A stretch of 16,041 bases of DNA from Candidatus Methylomirabilia bacterium (GCA_041492755.1 JBGPXN010000098.1:1-16041); one strand, 5' to 3'. Counted from the first letter of the stretch, positions 7,599-15,774 are shown. Program-made: numbers and translations. The notes: generated by a model from the letters alone, not told the origin.

Positions 7599-8551
7599 GC
7601 CGGCGCCGGACGTTCCGGCCGCGCCCGGGTCACCAGGCCCATCAATCCGCCGGGCGCGAAGATCACGATGAACGCGAGGATGGCGCCGAAGATCAGGCGC
7701 CAGTACGGGAACACCGACTTGATCGAATCTTGAAGAAAAATGAACACGAAGGCGCCGAGGAGCGGCCCGAAGAAGTTGGTGAACCCACCCAGCAAGGTCA
7801 TGAAGACGAGGTCACCGCTATGCGTCCAGTAGGCGAGCGTCGGATCCACGTTGCCGATCGGCGGACCCAGCAACGCGCCGCCGACCGACGCGTACACGGC
7901 CGAGATGAGGAACGCGAGCCAGCGGTAGCGTTTCACCCCGACGCCGAGGGCCTCGGCCTTCACCGGGTTGTCGCGGATCGTCCTCAGACACAGGCCGAAC
8001 GGCGACCTCACGATGCGCCACATCACCACCGTGGCCACCACCAGCACGGCGAGCGAGTAATAGTAGTAGGGCCCGGTGAGATAGTCGGTCTTCGGCAGTG
8101 CCTCGAAGGCGACCCCGAGCAGCGACGGCCGCTGCACCGGCATGCCCTCGTCGCCGCCGGTGAACCGGTAGAACTTCAGGACGAACGTGTAGAACACCAT
8201 GCCGAATGCGAGCGTCAGCATGCCGAAGTAGATCTTGACGTACCGCACGCAGAGCGCCCCCACCGGCGCCGCCACCAGCGCTCCCACGACGGCGGCGAGG
8301 ATCAGCATGACCTCCAGCGCGCGCACGGGGGTGTGGGCGGTCAGGAACGCTCCGGTGTAGGCGCCGATGCCGATGAAGAGGGCATGGCCGAAGGACACGA
8401 GCCCGGTGTAGCCGAAGAGAAGATTGAGGCCCAGGAGCACCACCGCGTAGGCCATGAACGGCAGCATGAGCAGCACGTGGTAGGCGGGGGCGACCAACGG
8501 CACCCCGAGCCCGGCGAGCAGCGCCGCGCCCAGCACCAGCCGCGCCGTCAT
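7595..8551 (-). CDS. livM: HAAT-family ABC transporter permease, LivM-like
   Basis: LNLLFGYTGLVSFGHA, YFGMLTLAF, TGGDEG, SPFGLCLRTIRDN, LLGG..NFFGP. Confidence 0.9.
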   Translation of the reverse strand: MTARLVLGAALLAGLGVPLVAPAYHVLLMLPFMAYAVVLLGLNLLFGYTGLVSFGHALFIGIGAYTGAFLTAHTPVRALEVMLILAAVVGALVAAPVGALCVRYVKIYFGMLTLAFGMVFYTFVLKFYRFTGGDEGMPVQRPSLLGVAFEALPKTDYLTGPYYYYSLAVLVVATVVMWRIVRSPFGLCLRTIRDNPVKAEALGVGVKRYRWLAFLISAVYASVGGALLGPPIGNVDPTLAYWTHSGDLVFMTLLGGFTNFFGPLLGAFVFIFLQDSIKSVFPYWRLIFGAILAFIVIFAPGGLMGLVTRARPERPAPA

Positions 8552-9432
8552 ACCGCCGCTCCGCCGAAGAGCCCGCGCGGCCGTAACACGAGGACGCCGA
8601 TCACGATGAGGTAGATGAGGAGCATCTCCAGCTCAGGGTAGATGAAGATCGCCACCGCGCGCAGGATGCCGACCACGAGCGCGCCGACGAACGCGCCCCG
8701 CATGCTGCCCAGCCCGCCGATGACGACCACCGCGAACGCCTCGACGATGAGCTCGACCCCCATTTCGCTCATCGCGGCGGTGGCCGGAATCACGAGGGCG
8801 CCCCCGAGCGTACCGAGCGCGGTGCCGAGCGTGAAGACCTTGGCGTAGACGCGCCGCATGTCGACGCCGAGGGCCTCCGCCATCTCCCGGTTGTCGGCGG
8901 TGGCCCGCATGATCCGGCCGAACGCGGTGCGGGTGAGGAGCCAGCCGATGCCGAGAGCGATGGCGAGGCTCGCGCCGATGACGATGAGATTGTAGACGGG
9001 AATGGTGGCGCCGAGGAAGCGGACCTGGCCGTAAACGAGATAGAGCGCCGACGTCGACTGGGGCGCGGTGCCCCAGGTCATGCGGATCGCGTCCTCCATC
9101 ATGAGGACGAGGGCGAAGGTGAGGAGGAGCTGGAACGTCTCGTCGCGGTCGTAGACGAACGCCAGCAGCCCGCGCTCGATCACCACGCCGACGGCCCCCA
9201 CGGCCAGCCCGGCGATGGCCAAGGGCAGGATGAACAACGCCGGCGGCCCGCCGGCGCTGGTGAACGCCTGGACGGCCGAGATCCCGACGTACGCGCCGAG
9301 GGCGTAGAACGACCCGCACGCGAGGTTGAAGATGCGCTGCACGCCGAAGACGACCTGCAGCCCGGCCGCGACGAGGAAGAGGATGGACGCGTGGAAGATG
9401 CCGCCCATCAGGATGTTGACGAGGTGCGACAT
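8548..9432 (-). CDS. livH: HAAT-family ABC transporter permease, LivH-like (conserved part starts at 9432; possible in-frame start at 9570)
   Basis: AAGLQVVFGVQRIFNLA, TAFGRIMRATADNREMAEALGV, AFAVVVIGGLGS. Confidence 0.88.
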   Translation of the reverse strand: MSHLVNILMGGIFHASILFLVAAGLQVVFGVQRIFNLACGSFYALGAYVGISAVQAFTSAGGPPALFILPLAIAGLAVGAVGVVIERGLLAFVYDRDETFQLLLTFALVLMMEDAIRMTWGTAPQSTSALYLVYGQVRFLGATIPVYNLIVIGASLAIALGIGWLLTRTAFGRIMRATADNREMAEALGVDMRRVYAKVFTLGTALGTLGGALVIPATAAMSEMGVELIVEAFAVVVIGGLGSMRGAFVGALVVGILRAVAIFIYPELEMLLIYLIVIGVLVLRPRGLFGGAAV

Positions 9433-9447
9433 CAGCCGGGCGTGAGA

Positions 9448-9480
9448 GGTATGGGGGGCCGTGTCGGGGCCGCCCGTGTA
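9448..9480. repeat. Family A element, partial copy 3 (second hairpin only, degenerate)
   Basis: 30/33 identical to 9541-9573, offset by 93 nt. Confidence 0.8.
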
Positions 9481-9496
9481 GTGAGCTGTGGGGACG

Positions 9497-9572
9497 TCGA
9501 GGAGCGGCACGGCTTCGCCGGGGCGCTCCGAGCGTTGGGGGGTATGGGGGGCCATGTCGGGGCCCCCCATGT
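9497..9572. repeat. Dispersed double-hairpin element, family A, copy 2
   Basis: Aligns with 1555-1631. Perfect 10-bp stem atggggggcc/ggccccccat (9544-9570); first hairpin ggagcg..cggc-ttc-gccg..cgctcc. Confidence 0.85.
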
Positions 9573-9574
9573 AC

Positions 9575-10843
9575 TCAGATCTTCCAGGAGTTGATCCAGT
9601 TGAACAGCTTGGCCCCCGCCGGCTTCATGGCCTGCTTGGTGGAAACGACCTCGAGGGGGCTGATGGTCACGAAGTCGTACGCGTTTTTGTGGGTCGTGAT
9701 CCCCTGATAGAAGTTGCACATCTGTACGTGGTCCTCGCGCCACGAGCGCTTGCCGGAGAGCGACTCCACCTCGATGCCCTCCAGCGCCTTGACCACGTCG
9801 GCCTTGCTCGGCCACTGCCGGCCGCCCCTGGCCGCCTTCTCCACCGCGGCCCGGTACGACTCCGCGTTGAAGTACGCGTGGTCGCACTCGTAGGGCGGGT
9901 ACTCGTTGTACTTCGCCTTGTACTCGCGGACGAACTGCTTGAGCAGGGCCGAGCCGCTGGGATCGTCGAAGTACATCGTGTTGTAGCCGAGCAGCAGGCC
10001 CTCGGGCGTGAACTCCTTCTTCAGGGAGTCGTGCACGCCGCCCGCGGTGGTGAACACCCCCTTCATGGTCTTGAAGAGCCCCACCGCGGTCGCCTGCTTC
10101 ATGAGGATCGTCGCGTCCCCCGACCAGAACGACGTCATCAGCAAATCCGGCTTGGCCTGCTGGATCGTCGCGATGTGCGAGGTGAAGTCGGTGACCCCCA
10201 GCTTTGGAAACAGCTCGATCACCGGCTTGACGTCCATCCCGTACTTCTTGAGCACGGCCTGGTAGGACTGCCAGCAGTCGTGGCCATACGAGTAGTCGTT
10301 GTTGATGCCGGCGATGGTCTTGACGCCCTTGAAGTACTTGGCGGTCAGGATGCCCCCGACGATCGCCTCGACCTCGTTGTCGACGCTCTTGAACGCCCAT
10401 TTCGGATTGGGCATCGTCTCCTCGACGCCTTTCTGCGTCGTGCCGTCCCACGACAGCCACGGGGTGCCGAGGTCCTCGGCCACGGGCGCGAGCGCGAGCG
10501 TCACGCCAGTGGAGATTCCGCCGATCACGACTTCCACCTTGTCCTGGAGGATCAGTTTGCGGTAACGCTCGACCGTGTCCTTGGGAGTGGACTCTTCTTC
10601 CACCACCAGCTGCACGGGCCGCCCGAGGATCCCGCCCGCCTTGTTCACGCGCTCGGCCCACCACTCCGTGCCGCGCAGTCCTGCCGCCCCCACGGGCGCC
10701 GCGATGCCGGCCCGGATGGTGAGGATCCCGATCTTCACCGGCCCACCGGTCTGCGCGAAGGCCGGCGCGGCGCCGAGCCGGACGCCGGCGGTAGCCGCTG
10801 CGGCGCCGCCCGTGAGCTTGAGGAACTGTCGTCGCGTCGTCAT
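9575..10843 (-). CDS. Tat-exported LivK/LivJ-family ABC substrate-binding protein (422 aa)
   Basis: Twin-arginine signal MTTRRQFLK...AFA|Q; VKIG, NKAGGILGRPVQLVVEE, DYSYG; AAGGAG RBS upstream. Confidence 0.9.
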   Translation of the reverse strand: MTTRRQFLKLTGGAAAATAGVRLGAAPAFAQTGGPVKIGILTIRAGIAAPVGAAGLRGTEWWAERVNKAGGILGRPVQLVVEEESTPKDTVERYRKLILQDKVEVVIGGISTGVTLALAPVAEDLGTPWLSWDGTTQKGVEETMPNPKWAFKSVDNEVEAIVGGILTAKYFKGVKTIAGINNDYSYGHDCWQSYQAVLKKYGMDVKPVIELFPKLGVTDFTSHIATIQQAKPDLLMTSFWSGDATILMKQATAVGLFKTMKGVFTTAGGVHDSLKKEFTPEGLLLGYNTMYFDDPSGSALLKQFVREYKAKYNEYPPYECDHAYFNAESYRAAVEKAARGGRQWPSKADVVKALEGIEVESLSGKRSWREDHVQMCNFYQGITTHKNAYDFVTISPLEVVSTKQAMKPAGAKLFNWINSWKI

Positions 10844-10862
10844 TGACCGTCTCCTTTTCTCT

Positions 10863-11027
10863 ACTCGGAGGGGGGCTGCGCTTGACTCGGAGGGGGGCTC
10901 CGCCCCCCTTCCGACGCTCTGCGGGCCCGGGGCCCGCGTCGCTGCCTCCCCCCGGAAAATCAGGATTACGCCGGCGGAGCCGGCGCTCGGGCACGATCAC
11001 TCACCTGCTCGGGGCCGGCGCTCGAAG
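10863..11027. repeat. Multi-hairpin intergenic element (family B)
   Basis: Exact 15-nt direct repeat actcggaggggggct (10863, 10885); hairpins at 10887-10914, 10921-10937 and 10969-10985; gccggcgctcg at 10979 and 11014. Confidence 0.7.
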
Positions 11028-12065
11028 TCACGCGACGCCCAGTTGGCGGCGGGCCAGGTGCGTCCCGGCGACCAACCGCTTGAGCTTCTCGAAGGCGAGC
11101 CAGCGCGGCACGGGGAAGAAGCCGCAGTCGGGCACGGCGGAGAGGCGCTCGATCGGAATGAATCTGGCGCAGAGAGCGAGCCGCTCGGCCACGTCCTCCG
11201 CTGTCTCCATGTAGAACGACTTGACGTCAACCACGCCGCACGCGACGTCGCGGTCGACGCCGATCGCCTTCCAATCCTCGATCTCGGCCATCTCGCGATT
11301 CGCGTACTCGAACACGAACTGCTGGCACCGCGCGGCCAGGATGGCCGGGAACATCCAGCGGTACGAGCGCTTGCCGCGGGGGCGGGACAGCAGATTGCCG
11401 AAGCACACGTGATACGCGATGCGCGCGCGGACGCCGTCGACGCAGGCGTTGAACATCTTCACGTACTCGTCGACCTGGCCGGGCACGATGGCCGCGGACG
11501 GTTCGTCGACCTGGATGTAGTCGGCGCCCGCGTCGACGAGCGCCTTGAGCTCGGCGTTCACGGCCGGGACCATGTCCCAGCAGAGGGCCAGCCGGTCGCC
11601 CTGGTAGGCGTCGCCGGGACGGAGCTGGATGTGGATGGACAGCGTCACCGGTCCCGGCACGGTAACCTTCACCGGTCGCTCCGTCTGCGTGGTGAGGTAG
11701 CGGAACTCGTCGACCACGCCGAGGCCGCGCGGGATCGCGATCTTCCGCAGAGGCCGGTAGCGGGGCGCGCTGTCGTAGGCGTAGAGACCGGTCTTGCGCA
11801 GCGGCTCGATCGGCTCCAGGCCCTCCATCTTGCCGTAGAACGTCTGCACGAAGAAGAAGCGGCGCATCTCGCCGTCGCACACGATGTCGATGCCGGCGCG
11901 CTCCTGATCGCGGATGGCGAGCTGGGTGGCGTCGTCGAACGCCTCTTTCACGTCGGTCTGGCCGTAGTCGCCGGACTTGATCTTGTCGAGCGCGGTCCAG
12001 AACCAGCCCGGGAACCCGTGGCTTCCCATCACGTGGGTCGGAATCAGCGGCAGCGAGGGGGTCAC
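11028..12065 (-). CDS. Single-barrel cobalamin-independent methionine synthase II family (MetE C-terminal-like) Zn enzyme, paralog A (345 aa)
   Basis: GTG at 12065 overlaps the ACAD stop (GTGA). VMGS, CDGEMRR, IQVDEP; Zn ligands HVCFGN, VFEYA, VPDCGF; collinear with 5099-6127. Confidence 0.9.
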   Translation of the reverse strand: MTPSLPLIPTHVMGSHGFPGWFWTALDKIKSGDYGQTDVKEAFDDATQLAIRDQERAGIDIVCDGEMRRFFFVQTFYGKMEGLEPIEPLRKTGLYAYDSAPRYRPLRKIAIPRGLGVVDEFRYLTTQTERPVKVTVPGPVTLSIHIQLRPGDAYQGDRLALCWDMVPAVNAELKALVDAGADYIQVDEPSAAIVPGQVDEYVKMFNACVDGVRARIAYHVCFGNLLSRPRGKRSYRWMFPAILAARCQQFVFEYANREMAEIEDWKAIGVDRDVACGVVDVKSFYMETAEDVAERLALCARFIPIERLSAVPDCGFFPVPRWLAFEKLKRLVAGTHLARRQLGVA

Positions 12066-13216
12066 GGCAGCAGCCGGCGGGCGATGATTTCGCGCATCAT
12101 CTCCGACGTCCCGGAGGCGATCGTCCACAGGCGGACGTCGCGGTAGAAGCCCTCGACGGGAAACTCGCGCATGTAGCCGTACCCTCCGTGGAGCTGCACG
12201 GCGTGCCAGGCCACGCGGTTGGCGACCTCCGTCGCGAAGAGCTTCGCCATCGACACCAGGCGGATGCAGTCAGCGCCGGCCGCGTACGACCCGGCGGCAT
12301 GATACACGAGTTGGCGGGCGGCCTCGACCTCGGTGGCCAGCTCCGCCACGCGGTGACGCAGGACTTGCCGGCTCGCGAGCGGCTCGCCGAAGGCGGTGCG
12401 CTGGCCGAGGTAGAGCAGGGTGTCCTCGAGGGCCTGGGCGGCGCCGGACAACGCGAGCACGGCGGCCATGATGCGCTCGCGCTGCAAGCCGGCCGCGAGC
12501 TGCTGGAAGCCGCGTCCCTCGACACCAAGCAGGTTGTCCGCGGGCACCGCGCAGTCCTCGAAGGCGAGCTCGGCGGTGTCCGAGGCGAGCATCCCCATCT
12601 TGTCGAGCTTCCGGCTCACCGTGAACCCGGGCATGCCGCGCTCGACCAGGAACATCGAGATCCCGTCGTGCCGCCGGTCCGGCGTGCCGAGCGCCGTGCG
12701 CGCGGCCACGAAGTAGAGATCTCCGTACACGCCGTTGGTGATGAAGATCTTGGCGCCGGTCAGACGATAGTGCTCGCCCCGGCGCTCCGCGCGCGTGGTG
12801 ATGGCGGCCATGTCCGAGCCGGTGCCCGGCTCCGTGATCGCGAGCGCGCACACCGTCTCACCGGTCACGATGCCGGGCAGGTAGTGGCGCTTCTGCGCTG
12901 CCGTGCCGTACCGGGTCAGCCACGGCGACGACATGTCGGTATGCACGAGCACGCTGAAGGCCACCCCGCCCGATCGACACCGTGCCATCTCCTCGCCCAG
13001 CACGACGCTCGACACGAAGTCGCCGCCGCTACCCCCGTATTCCGGTGGGAATTCGAGGCCGAGGAGACCGAGCGCGCCGAGGCGCCGCCAGAACTCGCGC
13101 GGGATGCGCCCGGCGGTCTCCCAGGCAGCGACGTGAGGCGCCACCTCCCTCTCGACGAAGGCGCGGATGGTCTTCCGGAGGAGTTCGTGCTCGTCGCTGA
13201 ACAGGCCGACCGGCAT
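12062..13216 (-). CDS. Acyl-CoA dehydrogenase (384 aa)
   Basis: [47 protein letters not shown]. Start at 13216, alternative 13228. Confidence 0.93.
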   Translation of the reverse strand: MPVGLFSDEHELLRKTIRAFVEREVAPHVAAWETAGRIPREFWRRLGALGLLGLEFPPEYGGSGGDFVSSVVLGEEMARCRSGGVAFSVLVHTDMSSPWLTRYGTAAQKRHYLPGIVTGETVCALAITEPGTGSDMAAITTRAERRGEHYRLTGAKIFITNGVYGDLYFVAARTALGTPDRRHDGISMFLVERGMPGFTVSRKLDKMGMLASDTAELAFEDCAVPADNLLGVEGRGFQQLAAGLQRERIMAAVLALSGAAQALEDTLLYLGQRTAFGEPLASRQVLRHRVAELATEVEAARQLVYHAAGSYAAGADCIRLVSMAKLFATEVANRVAWHAVQLHGGYGYMREFPVEGFYRDVRLWTIASGTSEMMREIIARRLLP

Positions 13217-13226
13217 GGAGGGCAGC

Positions 13227-13235
13227 ATCTTAGCA
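13227..13235 (-). promoter_or_regulatory. Putative extended -10 promoter of the ACAD/MetE-like/ABC operon
   Basis: TGCTAAGAT on the - strand, ending 10 nt before ATG 13216; no SD in between. Confidence 0.45.
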
Positions 13236-13396
13236 AACCGAATCCGACGCCCCTCTTGCACGCGTAAAGAAGGCGTCAGTCATAGGCGCAACCCCCTCGC
13301 ACGTGGACAGACCAATGGGCGAAGCTCTCCCCACGTGCCGGAGGCACAGCGTCGCTGGCCGTGGACGGGCGCTCGAGGCGGATCGGGCGGCGCAGA

Positions 13397-13427
13397 TTGC
13401 GACAACTGCGAGGTAGGATGCTAAAAT
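13397..13427 (+). promoter_or_regulatory. Putative sigma70 promoter (extended -10) of the signalling gene
   Basis: TGCTAAAAT at 13419-13427; TTGCGA at 13397-13402 (19-nt spacer); GAGGT RBS at 13450-13454. Confidence 0.5.
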
Positions 13428-13459
13428 CCGCTGGCAAGCCCCAGCCAAAGAGGTGCGAC

Positions 13460-15700
13460 GTGGAAGTTCGTTTCTGGGGAACCCGGGGCTCGATCGCATC
13501 GCCCGGGCCCCGAACCGCGAAATACGGTGGTAACACCTCCTGCGTCGAGCTCCGGTCGCCCGGCGGGACGCTGATCGTCCTCGATTGCGGCACCGGCATC
13601 CGCGAGCTCGGCCTCCATCTCATGCGGACCGAGAAGCAACCGCTCCGGCTGCACCTGTTCATCGGGCACACGCACTGGGACCACATCCAGGGCTTTCCCT
13701 TCTTCGTCCCGGCGTTCATCCCCGGCGCCGAGCTGAACATCTACGCGCCGATCGGATTCCAGCGGAGCCTCGAAGAGGCGATGTCGGGGCAGATGGAGTA
13801 CTCGTACTTCCCCGTGAAGCTGCGTGATTTGCGCAGCCGCATCCACTACACCGAGCTCGAGGAAGGGTTCTTCCGCGTCAACGACATCCTCGTCGAGACG
13901 CAGTATCTCAATCACACCGCCCCCACCATTGCGTACCGACTGACGAGCGGTGGCGCCTCCGTGGTGTACGCCACCGACCACGAGCCGTTCTGGGGCGCGC
14001 CCGACGGGCTGTCCCGCCATCCCGGCGACGAACGCCACGTGGCCTTTCTGCGCGACACCGACTTTCTCATCCATGACGCCCAGTACACCGCCGACGAGTA
14101 CAAGACCAAGATCGGCTGGGGGCACTCGAGCATCGAGTACGTGACGGACGTGGCGATGGCCGCCAACGTCGGCCAGCTCGCCCTCTTCCATCACGATCCG
14201 CTCCACGACGACGACATGGTGGCGCAGCTGGAGGAGGCGGCCCGGGCGCGCGTCAGGGCCAAGGGCGGAACCACCGACGTGTTCGCGGCCATCGAGGGCG
14301 TGAGCGTCAAGGTCACCGGGCGCGGAACGGCGCACGCGGTGGCCGAGGTGTCGGCCTTGCAGCGGCATCCCATCGCGGGGGGCCGCATCCTCGTGGTCAG
14401 CACGCATCGAGAAGACATCGCCGCCATCGAAGAGGTCCTCGCCGAGGACGGCCTCGTCCTCATTCCCGCGCCCGACGCGCAGTCGGCCCTCACGCGCGCG
14501 CCCGAGGTCTTCCCCGACCTCGCCATCATCGATGCCCGGCTTCCCGACGGCGACGGGATCGCCCTCGTCCGCGCGCTCCGCGAGCGGAAGGACCTCAAGC
14601 ACTTCCCGGTGCTCCTGCTGACGCCGAACGCGGAGACCACGGTGACGCTGGAAGGGCCACTGGCGCCCGATGACTATCTGGCCAAGCCGTTCAGCCCGCC
14701 GATGCTCCACTCACGGGTGCGGGCGTGGCTGGCCAGGACGCTCGACGCCGACGGGCCGGTGGGCGAGCGAGGGCCGGGCGCCATCGAGCGCGCCGCGGTC
14801 GACCCGAGCAGCGCCAGCATGCTGGCCTCGATCCCGCTGTTCCGGCCGCTCACCGACGAACAGCTTCACGAGATGACGGCCGAAGCGGCCGACCAGATCT
14901 ACGCGCCCGGCCAGGCGGTGGTGGGGCAGGGCGAGATCGCCGAGCTGCTGTTCGTCGTGCTCAGTGGTCGTGTGCGCGTCGTGGAGGCGCTGCCCGATCT
15001 GCACGCGGAAGCGTTTCTCGGCGAGCTTGGGCCCGGCGAGATCTTCGGCGAAATGGGGATCCTCACCGATCGGCCGCGCTCGGCCACGGTGGTGGCGGTG
15101 GAACGGACGCGCTGTCTCGTGCTTCGGCAGCGCAACTTCATCCAGGCCTTGCGGAACTCGCCGGACATGTCGGTGACGCTTCTACGCTTGCTCGCGGGCC
15201 GGCTCTACGACGCCGACCGGCGCCTGGCCCGCTACGCCCCCGACGCCCTGACCGGCCTCGCCAGCCGGCGCGCGTTCCACGATCTGTATCAGCGGCTGGC
15301 CGCGGGCGCCCGGCGCCGCGGGCGCGGCGTGCTCCTCATCTCGCTCGACGTGGTCGGGCTCAAAGAGATCAACGACCAGTTCGGCTACAACCTGGGCGAC
15401 GAGATCTTGAGGACCATCGCCGACGCGCTGATGGAAGACACCCGCACCACCGACCTCGTCGCCCGCTACGGTGGCGACGAGTTCGCCGTTCTGCTCCTCG
15501 ACGCCGAGCGCAAGGACGCCGAGCTCGTCGTTCCCCGCGTGGGCGTGCGTCTCGCCGCCCTCGCCCACGACCGCCGCCTGCCCGTCCCGGTGCAGTGCGG
15601 CGTCGGTATCGCCCACCGTCGCGTCCCGCCCGAGTCGGCCGAGGAGCTCGTGCGAGAGGCGGACCAGGACCTGCGCCGAAATCGCCGCCGCGTCCCTTAA
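13460..15700 (+). CDS. Multidomain signalling protein: MBL-fold metallohydrolase + REC + cNMP-binding + GGDEF (746 aa)
   Basis: FWGTRGS..YGGNTSC, DCGTG, HTHWDH (13667-13684), HDAQY, WGHS, FHHDP; REC LAIIDARLPDGDG..YLAKPF; cNMP FGEMGILTDRPRSATV; DALTGL, KEINDQFG, RTTD, RYGGDEF (GGDEF at 15470-15484). Confidence 0.92.
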   Translation: MEVRFWGTRGSIASPGPRTAKYGGNTSCVELRSPGGTLIVLDCGTGIRELGLHLMRTEKQPLRLHLFIGHTHWDHIQGFPFFVPAFIPGAELNIYAPIGFQRSLEEAMSGQMEYSYFPVKLRDLRSRIHYTELEEGFFRVNDILVETQYLNHTAPTIAYRLTSGGASVVYATDHEPFWGAPDGLSRHPGDERHVAFLRDTDFLIHDAQYTADEYKTKIGWGHSSIEYVTDVAMAANVGQLALFHHDPLHDDDMVAQLEEAARARVRAKGGTTDVFAAIEGVSVKVTGRGTAHAVAEVSALQRHPIAGGRILVVSTHREDIAAIEEVLAEDGLVLIPAPDAQSALTRAPEVFPDLAIIDARLPDGDGIALVRALRERKDLKHFPVLLLTPNAETTVTLEGPLAPDDYLAKPFSPPMLHSRVRAWLARTLDADGPVGERGPGAIERAAVDPSSASMLASIPLFRPLTDEQLHEMTAEAADQIYAPGQAVVGQGEIAELLFVVLSGRVRVVEALPDLHAEAFLGELGPGEIFGEMGILTDRPRSATVVAVERTRCLVLRQRNFIQALRNSPDMSVTLLRLLAGRLYDADRRLARYAPDALTGLASRRAFHDLYQRLAAGARRRGRGVLLISLDVVGLKEINDQFGYNLGDEILRTIADALMEDTRTTDLVARYGGDEFAVLLLDAERKDAELVVPRVGVRLAALAHDRRLPVPVQCGVGIAHRRVPPESAEELVREADQDLRRNRRRVP

Positions 15701-15746
15701 GCCGACGGCTGAAAACGGCGCATCTGCACCGTTTTGAGCCGCCGGC
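15701..15746. repeat. 46-nt imperfect inverted repeat between convergent genes (possible terminator or miniature element)
   Basis: gccg-a-cggct-g-aaaacgg-c-gca/tgc-a-ccgtttt-g-agccg-c-cggc; starts immediately after TAA; no flanking U tract. Confidence 0.6.
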
Positions 15747-15774
15747 GGCGCGGCGTTCGGTCTCGTGCGGCTGG

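Noticed and set aside
9448..9573. CRISPR array
   Set aside because: Only two 33-nt copies; the intervening sequence is largely part of the repeat unit seen at 1555; no cas genes.
5099..12065. Reading the two MetE-like genes as the halves of a split MetE
   Set aside because: In MetE only the C-terminal barrel carries the zinc ligands; here both proteins have the complete set.
13230..13350. c-di-GMP-I, SAM, cobalamin or glycine riboswitch
   Set aside because: Only isolated words (gcaaacc, ggagagc) match; conserved cores and stem order are absent by eye. An Infernal/Rfam scan would settle it.
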